64,000 nucleotides of DNA from an uncultured Christensenella sp. (GTDB taxonomy: Bacteria > Bacillota > Clostridia > Christensenellales > UBA1242), in the NCBI GenBank assembly GCA_964573405.1, contig CAZNJK010000002.1, positions 12,710 through 76,709 on the forward strand. Direction: 5' to 3'. Under the pieces are notes generated by a model. The model was not told the origin of the DNA. It saw nothing but the letters and a program-made list of their open reading frames with translations, and made no database searches. Numbering within the stretch: position 1 is the first letter of the stretch; every line of letters starts with the position of its first letter. Position numbers and translations under genes: made by a program. Positions 52,171 to 62,344 of the stretch are shown piece after piece.

Positions 52171-52842
52171 ATGGATTACGCACAACTAAACGAAACAAAA
52201 AACGAACTAATTGCTTTGCAACAACAAATAAATCAAAACTCAAAGCGATTACTAATTTTAAATAAAAACACAAAAGAGAGAAGCGATGTTGTTAAGTTCT
52301 TGCAATTAGCATATAAAACGATGTCAGAAGAATTGAAGGTCTTAAATTCGGAGTATTTTGATATTATAAAGCCCGATAATAGCAATAACTTAAATAAAGA
52401 GATAATGTCGGGAATTGCTTGCACACTTTGTAATAGAATTGTACCCAACGAGACCCTTTACGACACCGTTTGCGCACTTCTTGAAAAATCAAATACTTCA
52501 AATTATTTGACCTTAAAAACACTCATTAAACAATCTAAAAAGCCACTTGTTGACATTCCTAAAAAGATAATGAGCAACAACCTTAACTGCAAATTGTATA
52601 TGCCCGATTGTGGCGACCCAATCGACCCAAAACTAATGTTTAAGACATTTGAAGTTGAAACTTTTGTAGTGGATGATTTGAAGTCTATATCATACCCTAA
52701 GGACATTGGCCAATTTGTTGCTATGTGCGACGAACCTGCGATAATCGAAAAATCTACTGGCGAGATTATCCAGCAAGCCATGGTGAGTTATTTTACCGTA
52801 AAATTGTCCGATCGATTCGCAAAATTTCAATTTGTAAAATAA
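52171..52842 (+). CDS. Hypothetical coiled-coil protein with GrpE-like C-terminal domain (paralogue 1)
   Basis: N-terminal helical segment, then KKIMSNNLNCKLYMPDCGDPIDPKLMFKTFEV...PAIIEKSTGEIIQQAMVSYF. This resembles GrpE ...G.PFDP..H.A......V....GY....R.IR.A.V.V. Confidence 0.4.
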   Translation: MDYAQLNETKNELIALQQQINQNSKRLLILNKNTKERSDVVKFLQLAYKTMSEELKVLNSEYFDIIKPDNSNNLNKEIMSGIACTLCNRIVPNETLYDTVCALLEKSNTSNYLTLKTLIKQSKKPLVDIPKKIMSNNLNCKLYMPDCGDPIDPKLMFKTFEVETFVVDDLKSISYPKDIGQFVAMCDEPAIIEKSTGEIIQQAMVSYFTVKLSDRFAKFQFVK

Positions 52843-52860
52843 TTATATAATGGAGAAATT

Positions 52861-53547
52861 ATGACACTTGAACAACTAAACAAAACAAAGGAAGCACTGC
52901 TAGAATATAGAAAAATTGTACTCCAGACTTCTAAAAGAGTTAGGCTAGTATATCACAACACCACAAGTAAAAATAAAGAAAACGAAAATATTGTGATTTT
53001 ATTAAATTCTTTTGACGAGATTTTTAATGACTTTTCGTTTATAGAAGAAGAGTATCTTAGCAAGATTACCGAGTCACATAGCAATTCAAAACTTAGTGAG
53101 AATATAAGAAAAAATCTTTCATCATACATCGCCAATGAAATCACTTTTGGTGAAAGCCTATACGATGAAATTGAAGAGACCCTTGACCTTACTGACAATG
53201 CAGAATTGTACGAAACCACAAAACTCATTATGAAACAGTGCAAAAAAGTTTTAATTGATATACCAAATAAAATATTGAATAACAACCTTAATTGCGAATT
53301 ATATACTCCCGATTGTGATGATCAATTTAATCCCAAAACAATGATAAAAGCACAAAAAGTGGATTCAATTATTGTAAATAGTGTAGAAGACTTGGAACAA
53401 TATGATGAATTGGGCGATTTTGTAGACGCTTGCTATACTCCAGCAATAATTGACAAAGCCACTGGCAAAGTATTACAAAAAGCAGTAGTGGATTACTACT
53501 CAATCGGTCTTCCTACATCGCTAAATGACTTCAATCATATTAGATAA
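52861..53547 (+). CDS. Hypothetical coiled-coil protein with GrpE-like C-terminal domain (paralogue 2)
   Basis: Collinear with the preceding gene: NKILNNNLNCELYTPDCDDQFNPKTMIKAQKV...PAIIDKATGKVLQKAVVDYY. SD TGGAGA. Confidence 0.4.
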   Translation: MTLEQLNKTKEALLEYRKIVLQTSKRVRLVYHNTTSKNKENENIVILLNSFDEIFNDFSFIEEEYLSKITESHSNSKLSENIRKNLSSYIANEITFGESLYDEIEETLDLTDNAELYETTKLIMKQCKKVLIDIPNKILNNNLNCELYTPDCDDQFNPKTMIKAQKVDSIIVNSVEDLEQYDELGDFVDACYTPAIIDKATGKVLQKAVVDYYSIGLPTSLNDFNHIR

Positions 53548-53610
53548 CAAAAAAAACTCGCTACTGTAAAAGTCCTATTAAAAATATAAGGCCTTACAAT
53601 AGTGAGTTTT

Positions 53611-54987
53611 TTATTTGTTTTTAATTATCCGTTTTAAAATGTCATAGATGTCGCCCGCACCCAAAACCAGCACACAACCACACAAGTCCATACTAGTTAA
53701 ATACTCTTTCAGCTCCTTCCTTGTTGCCAAATATTTTTTGTTATTATGGACGATACTTTTATATAGTTCTTTTGCACTCCCCCCAGTCATATATTTTTCT
53801 CTTGCGGGGTATGTTTTGAAAATCGCCACGCTATTAGCCAAGGAAAAGCACTTAGAAAATTCCTTTTTCAGACCAATAGTCCTTGAGTATGTATGTGGTT
53901 GAAAAATCACAGCGATTTTGCCATATATGGATGTCGCGGTATTGATGCTATTTCTAATTTCTGTAGGATGGTGCGCGTAGTCGCATATTATCGGAACATC
54001 ACGCAAAACGCCAACTTTTTCAAATCTCCTACGCACACCTTGAAAATTCCTACACGAGTTATATATTATCGACACATCCACATCATACAAAAGTGCGACC
54101 GCCACCGCACACAGCATATTTTGTGCATTATGAAATCCCACCACATTGCTTTTAAATGTTCCAATATATCCTTTGTAATACACATCAAATCTATAGCACC
54201 CGTTATTTAGAAGTCGCAAATTTTGGCCACTCACATCAAAATTTTGACCAAACCCCACATTGACTACATTTACCTTTGCAGTTATTTTTTTAGCAAAATC
54301 TATGTTGTCAAAAATCACGACATTTTCAGTGGTATTATTTGCAAGATTTAGAAATGCACTCTCTACATCCGACAAGTCTTGATAATAGTCGGTGTGGTCA
54401 AGTTCGATTGCGGTGATTACACTGGTGCTAGGCGACAAATACTTAATGCTATTTCTATACTCACAGCCTTCCGTTAAAAACAGCCCAAAATTTCCTATCA
54501 CCGAATTACCAAATGCAACACTCTCTCCGCCTAAGTGAATGGACGGGTGAATACCTGCATTTATAAAAATCTCGCCCAACATCGCAGTTGTCGTTGTTTT
54601 GCCATGCGTCCCCGACACCACAATTGACCGCTCGTACATTTTGCTAAGCACTCCCAAAAATTCCGACCGCTCCATGCAAGGAATGTTAAGCCTTCGGGCT
54701 TTCACCAACTCCACATTATCTTTCTTTATCGCCCCCGAATACACCACAAAATCAACATCTGTCGTCACATTTTTCTCGTTGTGCCCTATATTTACATTTA
54801 TCCCATATTCCCTTAGTTTTTTAGTTTCTAAATTCTCGCAAGCGTCCACACCAGTCACAATTGCCCCAAATCTATCGCAAAAAAGGGCCAATGCACTCAT
54901 CGACACCCCGCCAATGCCCACAAAAAATATTTTTTGTTTTTTAAAATTTTGCAAATTTCTCATAAAAATATATATGAATGTATGCAA
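53611..54987 (-). CDS. murC: UDP-N-acetylmuramate--L-alanine ligase
   Basis: KIFFVGIGGVSMSALA and VVSGTHGKTTTTAML. The start is uncertain (54987 or the Met at 54963). A long imperfect hairpin at 53551-53610 separates it from the convergent upstream gene. Confidence 0.9.
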   Translation of the reverse strand: MHTFIYIFMRNLQNFKKQKIFFVGIGGVSMSALALFCDRFGAIVTGVDACENLETKKLREYGINVNIGHNEKNVTTDVDFVVYSGAIKKDNVELVKARRLNIPCMERSEFLGVLSKMYERSIVVSGTHGKTTTTAMLGEIFINAGIHPSIHLGGESVAFGNSVIGNFGLFLTEGCEYRNSIKYLSPSTSVITAIELDHTDYYQDLSDVESAFLNLANNTTENVVIFDNIDFAKKITAKVNVVNVGFGQNFDVSGQNLRLLNNGCYRFDVYYKGYIGTFKSNVVGFHNAQNMLCAVAVALLYDVDVSIIYNSCRNFQGVRRRFEKVGVLRDVPIICDYAHHPTEIRNSINTATSIYGKIAVIFQPHTYSRTIGLKKEFSKCFSLANSVAIFKTYPAREKYMTGGSAKELYKSIVHNNKKYLATRKELKEYLTSMDLCGCVLVLGAGDIYDILKRIIKNK

Positions 54988-55069
54988 AAAAAGTTGTATG
55001 TCCTAAAAAAAATGTGATATAATCCATATAAGTAATAGAAAATTACTTAACAAAAAAGGAAGGTACAAA

Positions 55070-55351
55070 ATGAAAATTTCAGACGTAAGAGTTCGTTTAA
55101 TCCAAAACGAAGAATCTAAGCTAAAAGCAGTAGCAAGCATCACTATAGACGATTGTTTCGTAGTGCATGAAATCAGAGTATTAGAGGGTCAGCAAGGTTA
55201 CTTCGTAAGAATGCCACATCGCAAAACTCCAGACGGACAATACAAAGATGTTGCACACCCTATCAATACCGAAACAAGAGAACTTGTAAACAAGGTTGTT
55301 CTTGAGGCTTTCGAAAAAGAAAAAGCAAACCCAACAACATCTGCTGAATAA
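55070..55351 (+). CDS. spoVG: Septation protein SpoVG
   Basis: MKISDVRVRLIQNEESKLKAVASITIDDCFVVHEIRVLEGQQGYFVRMPHRKTPDGQYKDVAHPIN. The hairpin GGCCCAtttaaTGGGTC plus T6 follows. Confidence 0.93.
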   Translation: MKISDVRVRLIQNEESKLKAVASITIDDCFVVHEIRVLEGQQGYFVRMPHRKTPDGQYKDVAHPINTETRELVNKVVLEAFEKEKANPTTSAE

Positions 55352-55581
55352 TTTAGATATTATAAGGCCCATTTAATGGGTCTTTTTTAATGCACTTTCT
55401 AGCCAACAAAATACAGCACTTTTAAATTCTTCCCTATTAATTTCTATTTCGAATTTCATATAACGAATAAATACTATATATATTCAACAAATTTAAAAAT
55501 GGACAATACACAATTTCAAAAGATTATTAAGATAAAAAAAATAGCGGTGTAAATCACTGCTATTTTTTATTATATTATTAT

Positions 55582-58500
55582 TTAGTTATACAAACTTTCT
55601 TGTGTGCTTTTTACGACTTCACAAGTGTCAATGGTTGGTAAAGCCCCCTCAGATGTAGTCCAAACATTATTACTCAACATACCATTCCACAACGATTTAG
55701 TCTTCATTTTGCTTAGGCTTCTACCGTTATTTACATTCTCAGACTTATTGAATGCCTCATAAATTCCCTTCAAAGGATTAGGAACTTTAGGGTCCTTAAG
55801 CCCAGAATTGCTTTCATAATAATAGTCGAATATAAAGCCTACAGTTCTATTCTTAGTGCTCTCGCCAACAATCCAGCCAACATTCCAGTTGTTGTGAACT
55901 TCGCTCGAACTTACTGCATAAGACGAACCTTGTTTTGGGCTTGCTACCGAATAAACTTTGTATATTACTCCACCTTCTTTGGTTGAGTTGCTATAATGAA
56001 TAGACCATACAATGCCCGCATTATCATCTGCTGACAATCCTGCTTTGGTGTAGCAATTCTTCACAACACCTTTGGTCAATACGCAAATCAATCCGCCAGA
56101 GTATTTCCCTTCTAGTGTTACCGTGCTTTCAACACCAACATTTTCAACAACTGCTTCAGTATTTGCATCAATATTTGAAGGATATTGAGCACCATTAAAG
56201 TCAAATGTTTCTTTACTAATGTCAAGTTTGCAAGCAAATTGTGTATTTACTAATGCAACAACACCACCTACATAATATCCATTAATGTAAGAGTTTTCAA
56301 CAACACAATCCTTGACTGCGTGATTTGAAGTTGCATTTAACGAACCAACAATTCCACCAACAACCGAATTTTCCTTGCTAGCATCAGCCGATAATGTAGC
56401 CGATACATAACAACTAGAAACCGTACCTACGGAATATCCTGCTATTCCACCTACATTTGCAGTTCCACTTGTAACAACACCATATCTAGTTGACGATGCG
56501 TCGTTCCCACTCAAAACTACATATGTGTTATTAATTGTGCCGTTGTTTTGTCCTACAGCACCACCGATAGATGTATAACCCTTAGCGGTAATCATTATTT
56601 TGCCACTTATTTTGTTACCATTTGTAGCACTTATAACATTATAATTTATACCAGCAATTCCGCCCGCACCATAATTTGAAGAGCCGGCAACAACTAGTTT
56701 TGTAATAGTAAGCAAATCGCTCTCGCCACCAACTTCTACATTACATACCTTGCCCTTATTTTCGCCTACAATTCCACCAACACCATATTTTGCGTCAATC
56801 TCACCATTAACAACTTTACACTTATCAATTGTTCCGTTGTTTTGACCTGCGATTGCACCTGCATAAGTTTGTTGACCTTTAATTCTTACATCTTTTAGAG
56901 TAATTCCGCTAATGTAAGCACCATTGCCCAATACTCCAAATAGTCCTGCATATTCATAATCTGCCGATTCAATTGTAAGCCCAGAAAGTACAACAGCATC
57001 TACTCCCGTAGCGACTACTAACTTACCGGTAAATGGTTTTTCTTTAGTTCCTATTGGAACCCACTCGCCAGCGGTCGAAAGGTCGATGTCTTGACTCAAA
57101 ACATATGTTCCGCCCAAGTTGTTTCGCATTTGATTGAACACTTCATATCCTGTAATTGCAGTAGCACTCTCTTCGCCTTCAAAATTGTCGTCTACATATG
57201 TATCTTTGAATGTCAAAATTGGGTATCCGTCATTTTGAGTTAGGTCAATCTTCCACACACTCAAATTCCAGTAATAAATTTCTTCCGAAGACAAATCTGC
57301 TTCAATATCGACCTTGCCAGAATCATCTATAGTAATCTTCTTCTCATAGTATTTGTATGAGATAAGTTTTGAAAGGTTCTTCAACATATTGTCGGTTAGA
57401 GCATTTGTTGTACCCTTCTGAGAAATCTTATTGCTCTTATATTCTATATCTGCCATCTTACAACCCAATAAGGAATTGTTAGACTCATAATAATTACCTA
57501 CAATTTTATTTACATTCTCATGGTCCAAGTTCTCAGCCACAATTCTACCCTGTTTGCTGTATGCAAAACCACATATATTAACAATTGAATAACAATCCTT
57601 AATATTTGCACCCAAATCACCAGAATATCCCGAACCGCTTCCGCTTATAGGCATATATTGGTTCTTTCCTACGATTCCACCATACAATTTACCGCCATAA
57701 ACATAAGCTAAACCTTTAGAATATGAATTAATTACGATTCCGCCATAGTTGTGACCAGCAATTCCGCCAATTGTACCCAGTAAGTCATTGTCAACATTGC
57801 CCATATTAACATTTGCACTTACTCTGTCAATTCTTGCAACACTTCTACTATTCTTTTGGTTTGTGCTTTGGTTAATACCTGCAACACCACCAACAAATGC
57901 TGAAGATGTTGTGCCAGTAATGGTTGCCGACTTGATTTCACAAAGCGTAATTTTACCTTTGTTTATACCAGCGATTGTTCCTACTTGTTTATTTTGGTTA
58001 TTGGCTTCAATTGTTACATTATCCAATTTCAAGTTCTTAACCACACCAGTAGAACCGATTGATTGGAACAATCCTACATTGTCAAGGCTAGAATCGGTGA
58101 TTTTCATATTGCTAATGGTGTATCCGTTGCCATCAAAAGTCCCCGATAGGCTTGGAAGTGGTTGGAAAGTAGTGTCAAGGCTACCCAAATCGATATTGTC
58201 GGTCAAAACATAACTCTTGTCGGCAGTATATATTGTTTCATCTGCCGAGCCGATTCTTTGCAATTCTTCCGCTGTATCTATTCTGTAAGGGTAAGCAAGA
58301 CTTCCATCACATACAATGATGTCACAACCAATATTTCTGAATTTCGCATTGTTGGTCTTAAATACAACCTTTGCACTTCCGCCACTTACTGCAGTGAATG
58401 TTCCGGTAGCAACGCCGTTTTTCTTGTCAATATTGCTATTTTCCACTTTAACGACATTCTCGTCACTACTTGACACAGTTACGGTCGTGTAAGAATTGGG

Positions 58501-58662
58501 ATTCTCCATATCAAGATTGACCTCAAAAGACTCCCCTGCGTCCTTATATATCGTGTGGGCTTTTAGTGAAATCACCTCGTTGTCTTTCACAAGGTAAAAC
58601 ACTCCAAAGCCTACAGAAACTGCTAAAATTATTACTACTAATGTTACTAAAAATCTCTTCAT
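55582..58662 (-). CDS. Membrane-anchored surface protein with a Big_2 Ig-like domain and many GLUG-motif repeats
   Basis: N-terminal anchor FLVTLVVIILAVSVGFGVFYLV. Big_2-like: VTVSSSDENVVKVEN...GTFTAVSGGSAKVVF. At least 10 repeats of the form VGGIAG/GGIVG...N.G.I (VGGVAGIN, IGGIAGHNYGG, YGGIVGKN, AGAIAGQNNGTI, VGGIVGENKGKV, AGGIAGINYN, IGGAVGQNNGTI, VGGIAGYSVGTV). Confidence 0.7.
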   Translation of the reverse strand: MKRFLVTLVVIILAVSVGFGVFYLVKDNEVISLKAHTIYKDAGESFEVNLDMENPNSYTTVTVSSSDENVVKVENSNIDKKNGVATGTFTAVSGGSAKVVFKTNNAKFRNIGCDIIVCDGSLAYPYRIDTAEELQRIGSADETIYTADKSYVLTDNIDLGSLDTTFQPLPSLSGTFDGNGYTISNMKITDSSLDNVGLFQSIGSTGVVKNLKLDNVTIEANNQNKQVGTIAGINKGKITLCEIKSATITGTTSSAFVGGVAGINQSTNQKNSRSVARIDRVSANVNMGNVDNDLLGTIGGIAGHNYGGIVINSYSKGLAYVYGGKLYGGIVGKNQYMPISGSGSGYSGDLGANIKDCYSIVNICGFAYSKQGRIVAENLDHENVNKIVGNYYESNNSLLGCKMADIEYKSNKISQKGTTNALTDNMLKNLSKLISYKYYEKKITIDDSGKVDIEADLSSEEIYYWNLSVWKIDLTQNDGYPILTFKDTYVDDNFEGEESATAITGYEVFNQMRNNLGGTYVLSQDIDLSTAGEWVPIGTKEKPFTGKLVVATGVDAVVLSGLTIESADYEYAGLFGVLGNGAYISGITLKDVRIKGQQTYAGAIAGQNNGTIDKCKVVNGEIDAKYGVGGIVGENKGKVCNVEVGGESDLLTITKLVVAGSSNYGAGGIAGINYNVISATNGNKISGKIMITAKGYTSIGGAVGQNNGTINNTYVVLSGNDASSTRYGVVTSGTANVGGIAGYSVGTVSSCYVSATLSADASKENSVVGGIVGSLNATSNHAVKDCVVENSYINGYYVGGVVALVNTQFACKLDISKETFDFNGAQYPSNIDANTEAVVENVGVESTVTLEGKYSGGLICVLTKGVVKNCYTKAGLSADDNAGIVWSIHYSNSTKEGGVIYKVYSVASPKQGSSYAVSSSEVHNNWNVGWIVGESTKNRTVGFIFDYYYESNSGLKDPKVPNPLKGIYEAFNKSENVNNGRSLSKMKTKSLWNGMLSNNVWTTSEGALPTIDTCEVVKSTQESLYN

Positions 58663-58909
58663 AATTTTCCCTTTCCCCCTTATTGTTACTTATATTATAC
58701 TCCAATATAATCCTACTGTCAATCCCCAAAATTTAGGCATATTAAATATAATTTAATATTTTTTAATCTAGGGACAGTTTGCGACTTCTCCAAACAATAT
58801 GATAATTATTGATTTTTTTTAAGCATAGGTATATAATATCATAAAAAAATTCCATTGTAAATATCTAATTTCAAAATTTTAACGCAAATAACTTTAAATT
58901 TATTGTTGC

Positions 58910-58938
58910 TTGCTTTTTTGATTTGTTTGGGTTATAAT
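58910..58938 (+). promoter_or_regulatory. Sigma-A-type promoter for dnaB-dnaI
   Basis: TTGCTT (58910-58915), 17 nt, TATAAT (58933-58938). Confidence 0.55.
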
Positions 58939-58973
58939 GTGGAAAGAACTAATGATAAGGAGCGTTTACCGAA

Positions 58974-60422
58974 GTGGCATTTTGTAATTTTAGTGGTGAC
59001 AAGATAAGTGAAAATAGCGTAATACTTGACAATATGTTTTTTACCGAATTTTTGCCAATTGCAAGCGAAAGTTGTGTGAGAGTATATTTGCTTGGATTAT
59101 ATAAGTGCAATACTCCGCTTAGCCAAGACAACAACTTGGAGTCCTTTGCTCGCATCCTCAATATGACCGAAGACGATGTAATGAGTTGTTTCTATTTTTG
59201 GCAAGAACTTAATGTGGTGCAAGTTATCAATCAAAACCCTTTTGAGGTAAGGTACTTGCCACTAAAGAAGGCTTCCGCAAAATTAAAGAAATTCAATCCC
59301 GACAAATACAAGACTTTCAATCTAAAAGTGCAAGAATTATTGTGTGATAGGATGATAAGTGTAAAGGAATTTGAAGAATATTACAACACCATTGAGAGCC
59401 TACACATCGACATCGACGCATTCCTAAAGATTGTGGAATATTGTGTAGAGTTAAAGGGGCAAAATGTGGGTTATACTTACATCTTGTCAATAGCCAAAAA
59501 CTGGGCGTATGAAGGCATAACCACATTGGAGCAAGTTAATGACCGCCTTGAAGAACAAGTCAAAAACACATCGCAAGTGACCGTTATTTTGAAGGCGCTT
59601 GGCATAAAACGTTCGCCTACTACGGACGAATATCAGATGTTTCTTAACTGGACGAAAGAATTGGAGTTTCCACTTGATACTATTACATATCTTGCTAGTC
59701 GTCAAGGCAAAAATTCGGGCGGAATGACAAGACTTAATTCAACCATTTTGAAATGCTACTCATTAAAGAAGTTTAGCACCACCGAACTAAAGGAATTTTT
59801 CGACAACGAGCGAGAACTATATGACATCGCCAAAATTGTATGCAAAAATCTTGGCCTTTATTACAACAACCTAGAAAATGTGGTCGAAAGTTATATATCG
59901 GCATGGTTTACACTTGGCTACGACAAATCCGCGCTTTCAAAAATCTCCAATTACTGCTTCAAATTAAGCATCAAAACCTTGCAAGGAATGGACTCCAAAA
60001 TCAATCAACTTTTCAAACTTGGGCTTCTAAGTGCGGGCGACATTGATAATTACATCAACAATTTAATTAAGGGCGACAACGAAATCCTTAACATTCTTCA
60101 GACTCTTAAAATTGAAAGGCAAGTAAATAGTAGCGACAGACAACTATTTAAAACTTGGAAGTTTGACTGGAATATGAGTGACGAAATCATCAATTATTCC
60201 GCAAGCGTGAGTTCGGACAAATATATGCCATTGCAGTATTTGAACAAAATTCTTAGCCAACTTCATCTCAACAACATATCCACCCTTGACAAAGCGAAGG
60301 ATTTTATTGGGAAAATGCCTAGCGAAAGAATAACTACAGCACCTAAGAAATTTGACGAGCGAACCTATACTAAAGAACAACTTAATTCGTTGTTTGTTGA
60401 CATATCGGAGGTGGAAATCTAA
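58974..60422 (+). CDS. dnaB: Replication initiation / membrane attachment protein, DnaD-domain (Firmicute DnaB type, not the helicase)
   Basis: 482 aa, immediately upstream of and overlapping dnaI (TAATG), as in the Bacillus dnaB-dnaI operon. It has repeated DnaD-like helical modules. The GTG start lies 11 nt after AAGGAG and is uncertain. Confidence 0.55.
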   Translation: MAFCNFSGDKISENSVILDNMFFTEFLPIASESCVRVYLLGLYKCNTPLSQDNNLESFARILNMTEDDVMSCFYFWQELNVVQVINQNPFEVRYLPLKKASAKLKKFNPDKYKTFNLKVQELLCDRMISVKEFEEYYNTIESLHIDIDAFLKIVEYCVELKGQNVGYTYILSIAKNWAYEGITTLEQVNDRLEEQVKNTSQVTVILKALGIKRSPTTDEYQMFLNWTKELEFPLDTITYLASRQGKNSGGMTRLNSTILKCYSLKKFSTTELKEFFDNERELYDIAKIVCKNLGLYYNNLENVVESYISAWFTLGYDKSALSKISNYCFKLSIKTLQGMDSKINQLFKLGLLSAGDIDNYINNLIKGDNEILNILQTLKIERQVNSSDRQLFKTWKFDWNMSDEIINYSASVSSDKYMPLQYLNKILSQLHLNNISTLDKAKDFIGKMPSERITTAPKKFDERTYTKEQLNSLFVDISEVEI

Positions 60423-61357
60423 TGGATATAAAGGAAATACTAAAAAAAGAATTTAAAGAGCGAAAATTAAAAGCCGAATACAATGCCGACATCAATTTGA
60501 CAAAAGTTTTTGACCAATTCCCAGAGTTTAAAAATCTTTACAACTCCATTAGGTCGCTACAACTAGACTATGCAAAATTAAAATATAGCGGTCAAGATAC
60601 GATAAAGGTTGTTGAATCCATAAAAAAATTAAAAGCCGACCTTAAGGCATTTGCCAATTCCCACAACATTGACCTAACCACTCTAAAACCGCAATACAAT
60701 TGCAACAAATGTAAAGATAGCGGAATCATCAACAACACCCCTTGCGAGTGTTTTAATGCCGAACTATCGAAAGCACTTCTTGGCGCTAGCGGGCTTCAAT
60801 ACTCTAATTTGCCAGATTTTGACACTATGAGTTATGACATTATATCTGACCCAAAACAAAAACAAAATTACTCCGTATGTTGCAACATCTTCAAGGAATA
60901 CATTGCAAAATTAAAAACAACCGACAAAAAACTATTCTTGCTGAGCGGACAGGTGGGAGTGGGCAAAACGCACATTTTAAAAGCGACCACTCACGAAGCA
61001 ATCAAAAACGGATATTTTGCTCTATATACTACAGCATTTGATTTAAATAAATCATTCCTTAACTATCATTGTGCAAAACTTGACGAAAAGGATGCTATTC
61101 TTGACAAATATCTATCTTGCGACTTACTACTAATTGACGACTTGGGCACTGAAAACAAACTCAATAACGTTACGGTTGAATATTTGTACTTGATTATCAA
61201 CCAACGCCTTGAAACGGGGAAAAATACAATCATTACAACAAATCTCAATATGTCACAATTAAAAGATATGTATGATGAGCGAATTATGAGTAGAATTTCA
61301 AATAAAAAAACATGCGTCCAAGCGACTATGCAAGGCAATGATTTAAGAATAAACTAA
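60422..61357 (+). CDS. dnaI: Primosomal helicase loader DnaI (DnaC/IstB-like AAA+)
   Basis: N-terminal zinc module CNKCKDSGIINNTPCEC. Walker A: LLSGQVGVGKTH. Walker B: DLLLIDDLGTE. Confidence 0.85.
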   Translation: MDIKEILKKEFKERKLKAEYNADINLTKVFDQFPEFKNLYNSIRSLQLDYAKLKYSGQDTIKVVESIKKLKADLKAFANSHNIDLTTLKPQYNCNKCKDSGIINNTPCECFNAELSKALLGASGLQYSNLPDFDTMSYDIISDPKQKQNYSVCCNIFKEYIAKLKTTDKKLFLLSGQVGVGKTHILKATTHEAIKNGYFALYTTAFDLNKSFLNYHCAKLDEKDAILDKYLSCDLLLIDDLGTENKLNNVTVEYLYLIINQRLETGKNTIITTNLNMSQLKDMYDERIMSRISNKKTCVQATMQGNDLRIN

Positions 61358-61360
61358 AAA

Positions 61361-61392
61361 GGCTAAATCATTTTTTGATTTAGTCTTTTTTC
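61361..61392. terminator. Bidirectional intrinsic terminator
   Basis: GGCTAAATCA-ttttt-TGATTTAGTC followed by TTTTTTC, with an A-run before it. It lies between 61357 (+) and 61394 (-). Confidence 0.7.
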
Positions 61393-61393
61393 T

Positions 61394-62098
61394 TTACACC
61401 CTATATTGCAAAAGCATTTGCTTATCTAGGTCCGACACCCTATAACTATCACGGCATTTGCTAACGAATTTGTTAATAACGAAATCATTAAGTTTGTGAG
61501 TTTTTAAAAAATCTTCCACCTTATCCCTTTGCTTTATAAAAGCATCACACATAAGCCAAGCCACGCACATATTTACATAATATTCCTTTTCTTTCTCAAA
61601 ATGATTACATATATCCAGCACCCTATCTATGTAGTCATCATCCAAGAATTTAAATAGTATAACTAGTCCACATCTTCTCACAAACGGCTTCTCGTTGCCC
61701 AACAATTCATTAGCCAAATCAAAATATTTTGCTTTGTTTTCACTATTGATTTTAAATTTCAACAAGTCGCAATTTGCCCAATTATCTACAACTTCAACAT
61801 AGTCATACAAATGCTTCTTCATAAGGTCAAAATTGTCAATTTTAGGTATTAAGTATCCACTTATTGCCAAATTGTCGTATGTTATTGGCAAATTGCACAA
61901 TAGAAAAGACAAAAAATCACCTTTTGCAATCTCATTTACAATTTGTTTAATCCTTTTTGACGGAATAGCCAAACACTCGTACTTTGTATTTATAATCTTT
62001 TTTGTCCACTCCACTCTTTCCTTATTTGATTCGCTCTCCAAAATTTTTTGGAACTCGACCATATCTTCTTGTGTCCATTTGTTGCGTACTAAATTCAT
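61394..62098 (-). CDS. DNA alkylation repair protein (AlkD-like HEAT-repeat glycosylase family)
   Basis: VVDNWANCDLL, PFVRRCGLVILFKF and KEYYVNMCVAWLMCDAFIK match the DNA_alkylation family signatures. Confidence 0.7.
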   Translation of the reverse strand: MNLVRNKWTQEDMVEFQKILESESNKERVEWTKKIINTKYECLAIPSKRIKQIVNEIAKGDFLSFLLCNLPITYDNLAISGYLIPKIDNFDLMKKHLYDYVEVVDNWANCDLLKFKINSENKAKYFDLANELLGNEKPFVRRCGLVILFKFLDDDYIDRVLDICNHFEKEKEYYVNMCVAWLMCDAFIKQRDKVEDFLKTHKLNDFVINKFVSKCRDSYRVSDLDKQMLLQYRV

Positions 62099-62261
62099 AC
62101 TCTACTCCTTATGTAAATTCTATCACATTTTTATATCACTATCAAAATATTTTTAAAAACCAAACTCACAAAATTTACAACAAATAAAAAACACAACACC
62201 TTTCACAAATTATGCTAATTTTTCAAATCAATAAAATTAAGTTAAAAATTGTAAAATACTC

Positions 62262-62290
62262 TTGCTTTTAATTACTTTTTTTAATATAAT
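62262..62290 (+). promoter_or_regulatory. Sigma-A-type promoter upstream of the tRNA region
   Basis: TTGCTT (62262-62267), 17 nt, TATAAT (62285-62290). Further TATAAT boxes lie 2 nt upstream of the 5' G of each tRNA-like copy (62335-62340 and 62483-62488). Confidence 0.5.
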
Positions 62291-62344
62291 ATCAATGTGC
62301 TAATGCATTATCTTCACAATGTACAACAAAACTTAATATAATAT

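Noticed and set aside
52076-52273. Minus-strand ORF of 65 aa overlapping the promoter and start of the GrpE-like paralogue.
   Set aside because: It has no SD and overlaps a well-formed promoter/SD/ATG on the other strand. Its composition is hydrophobic junk.
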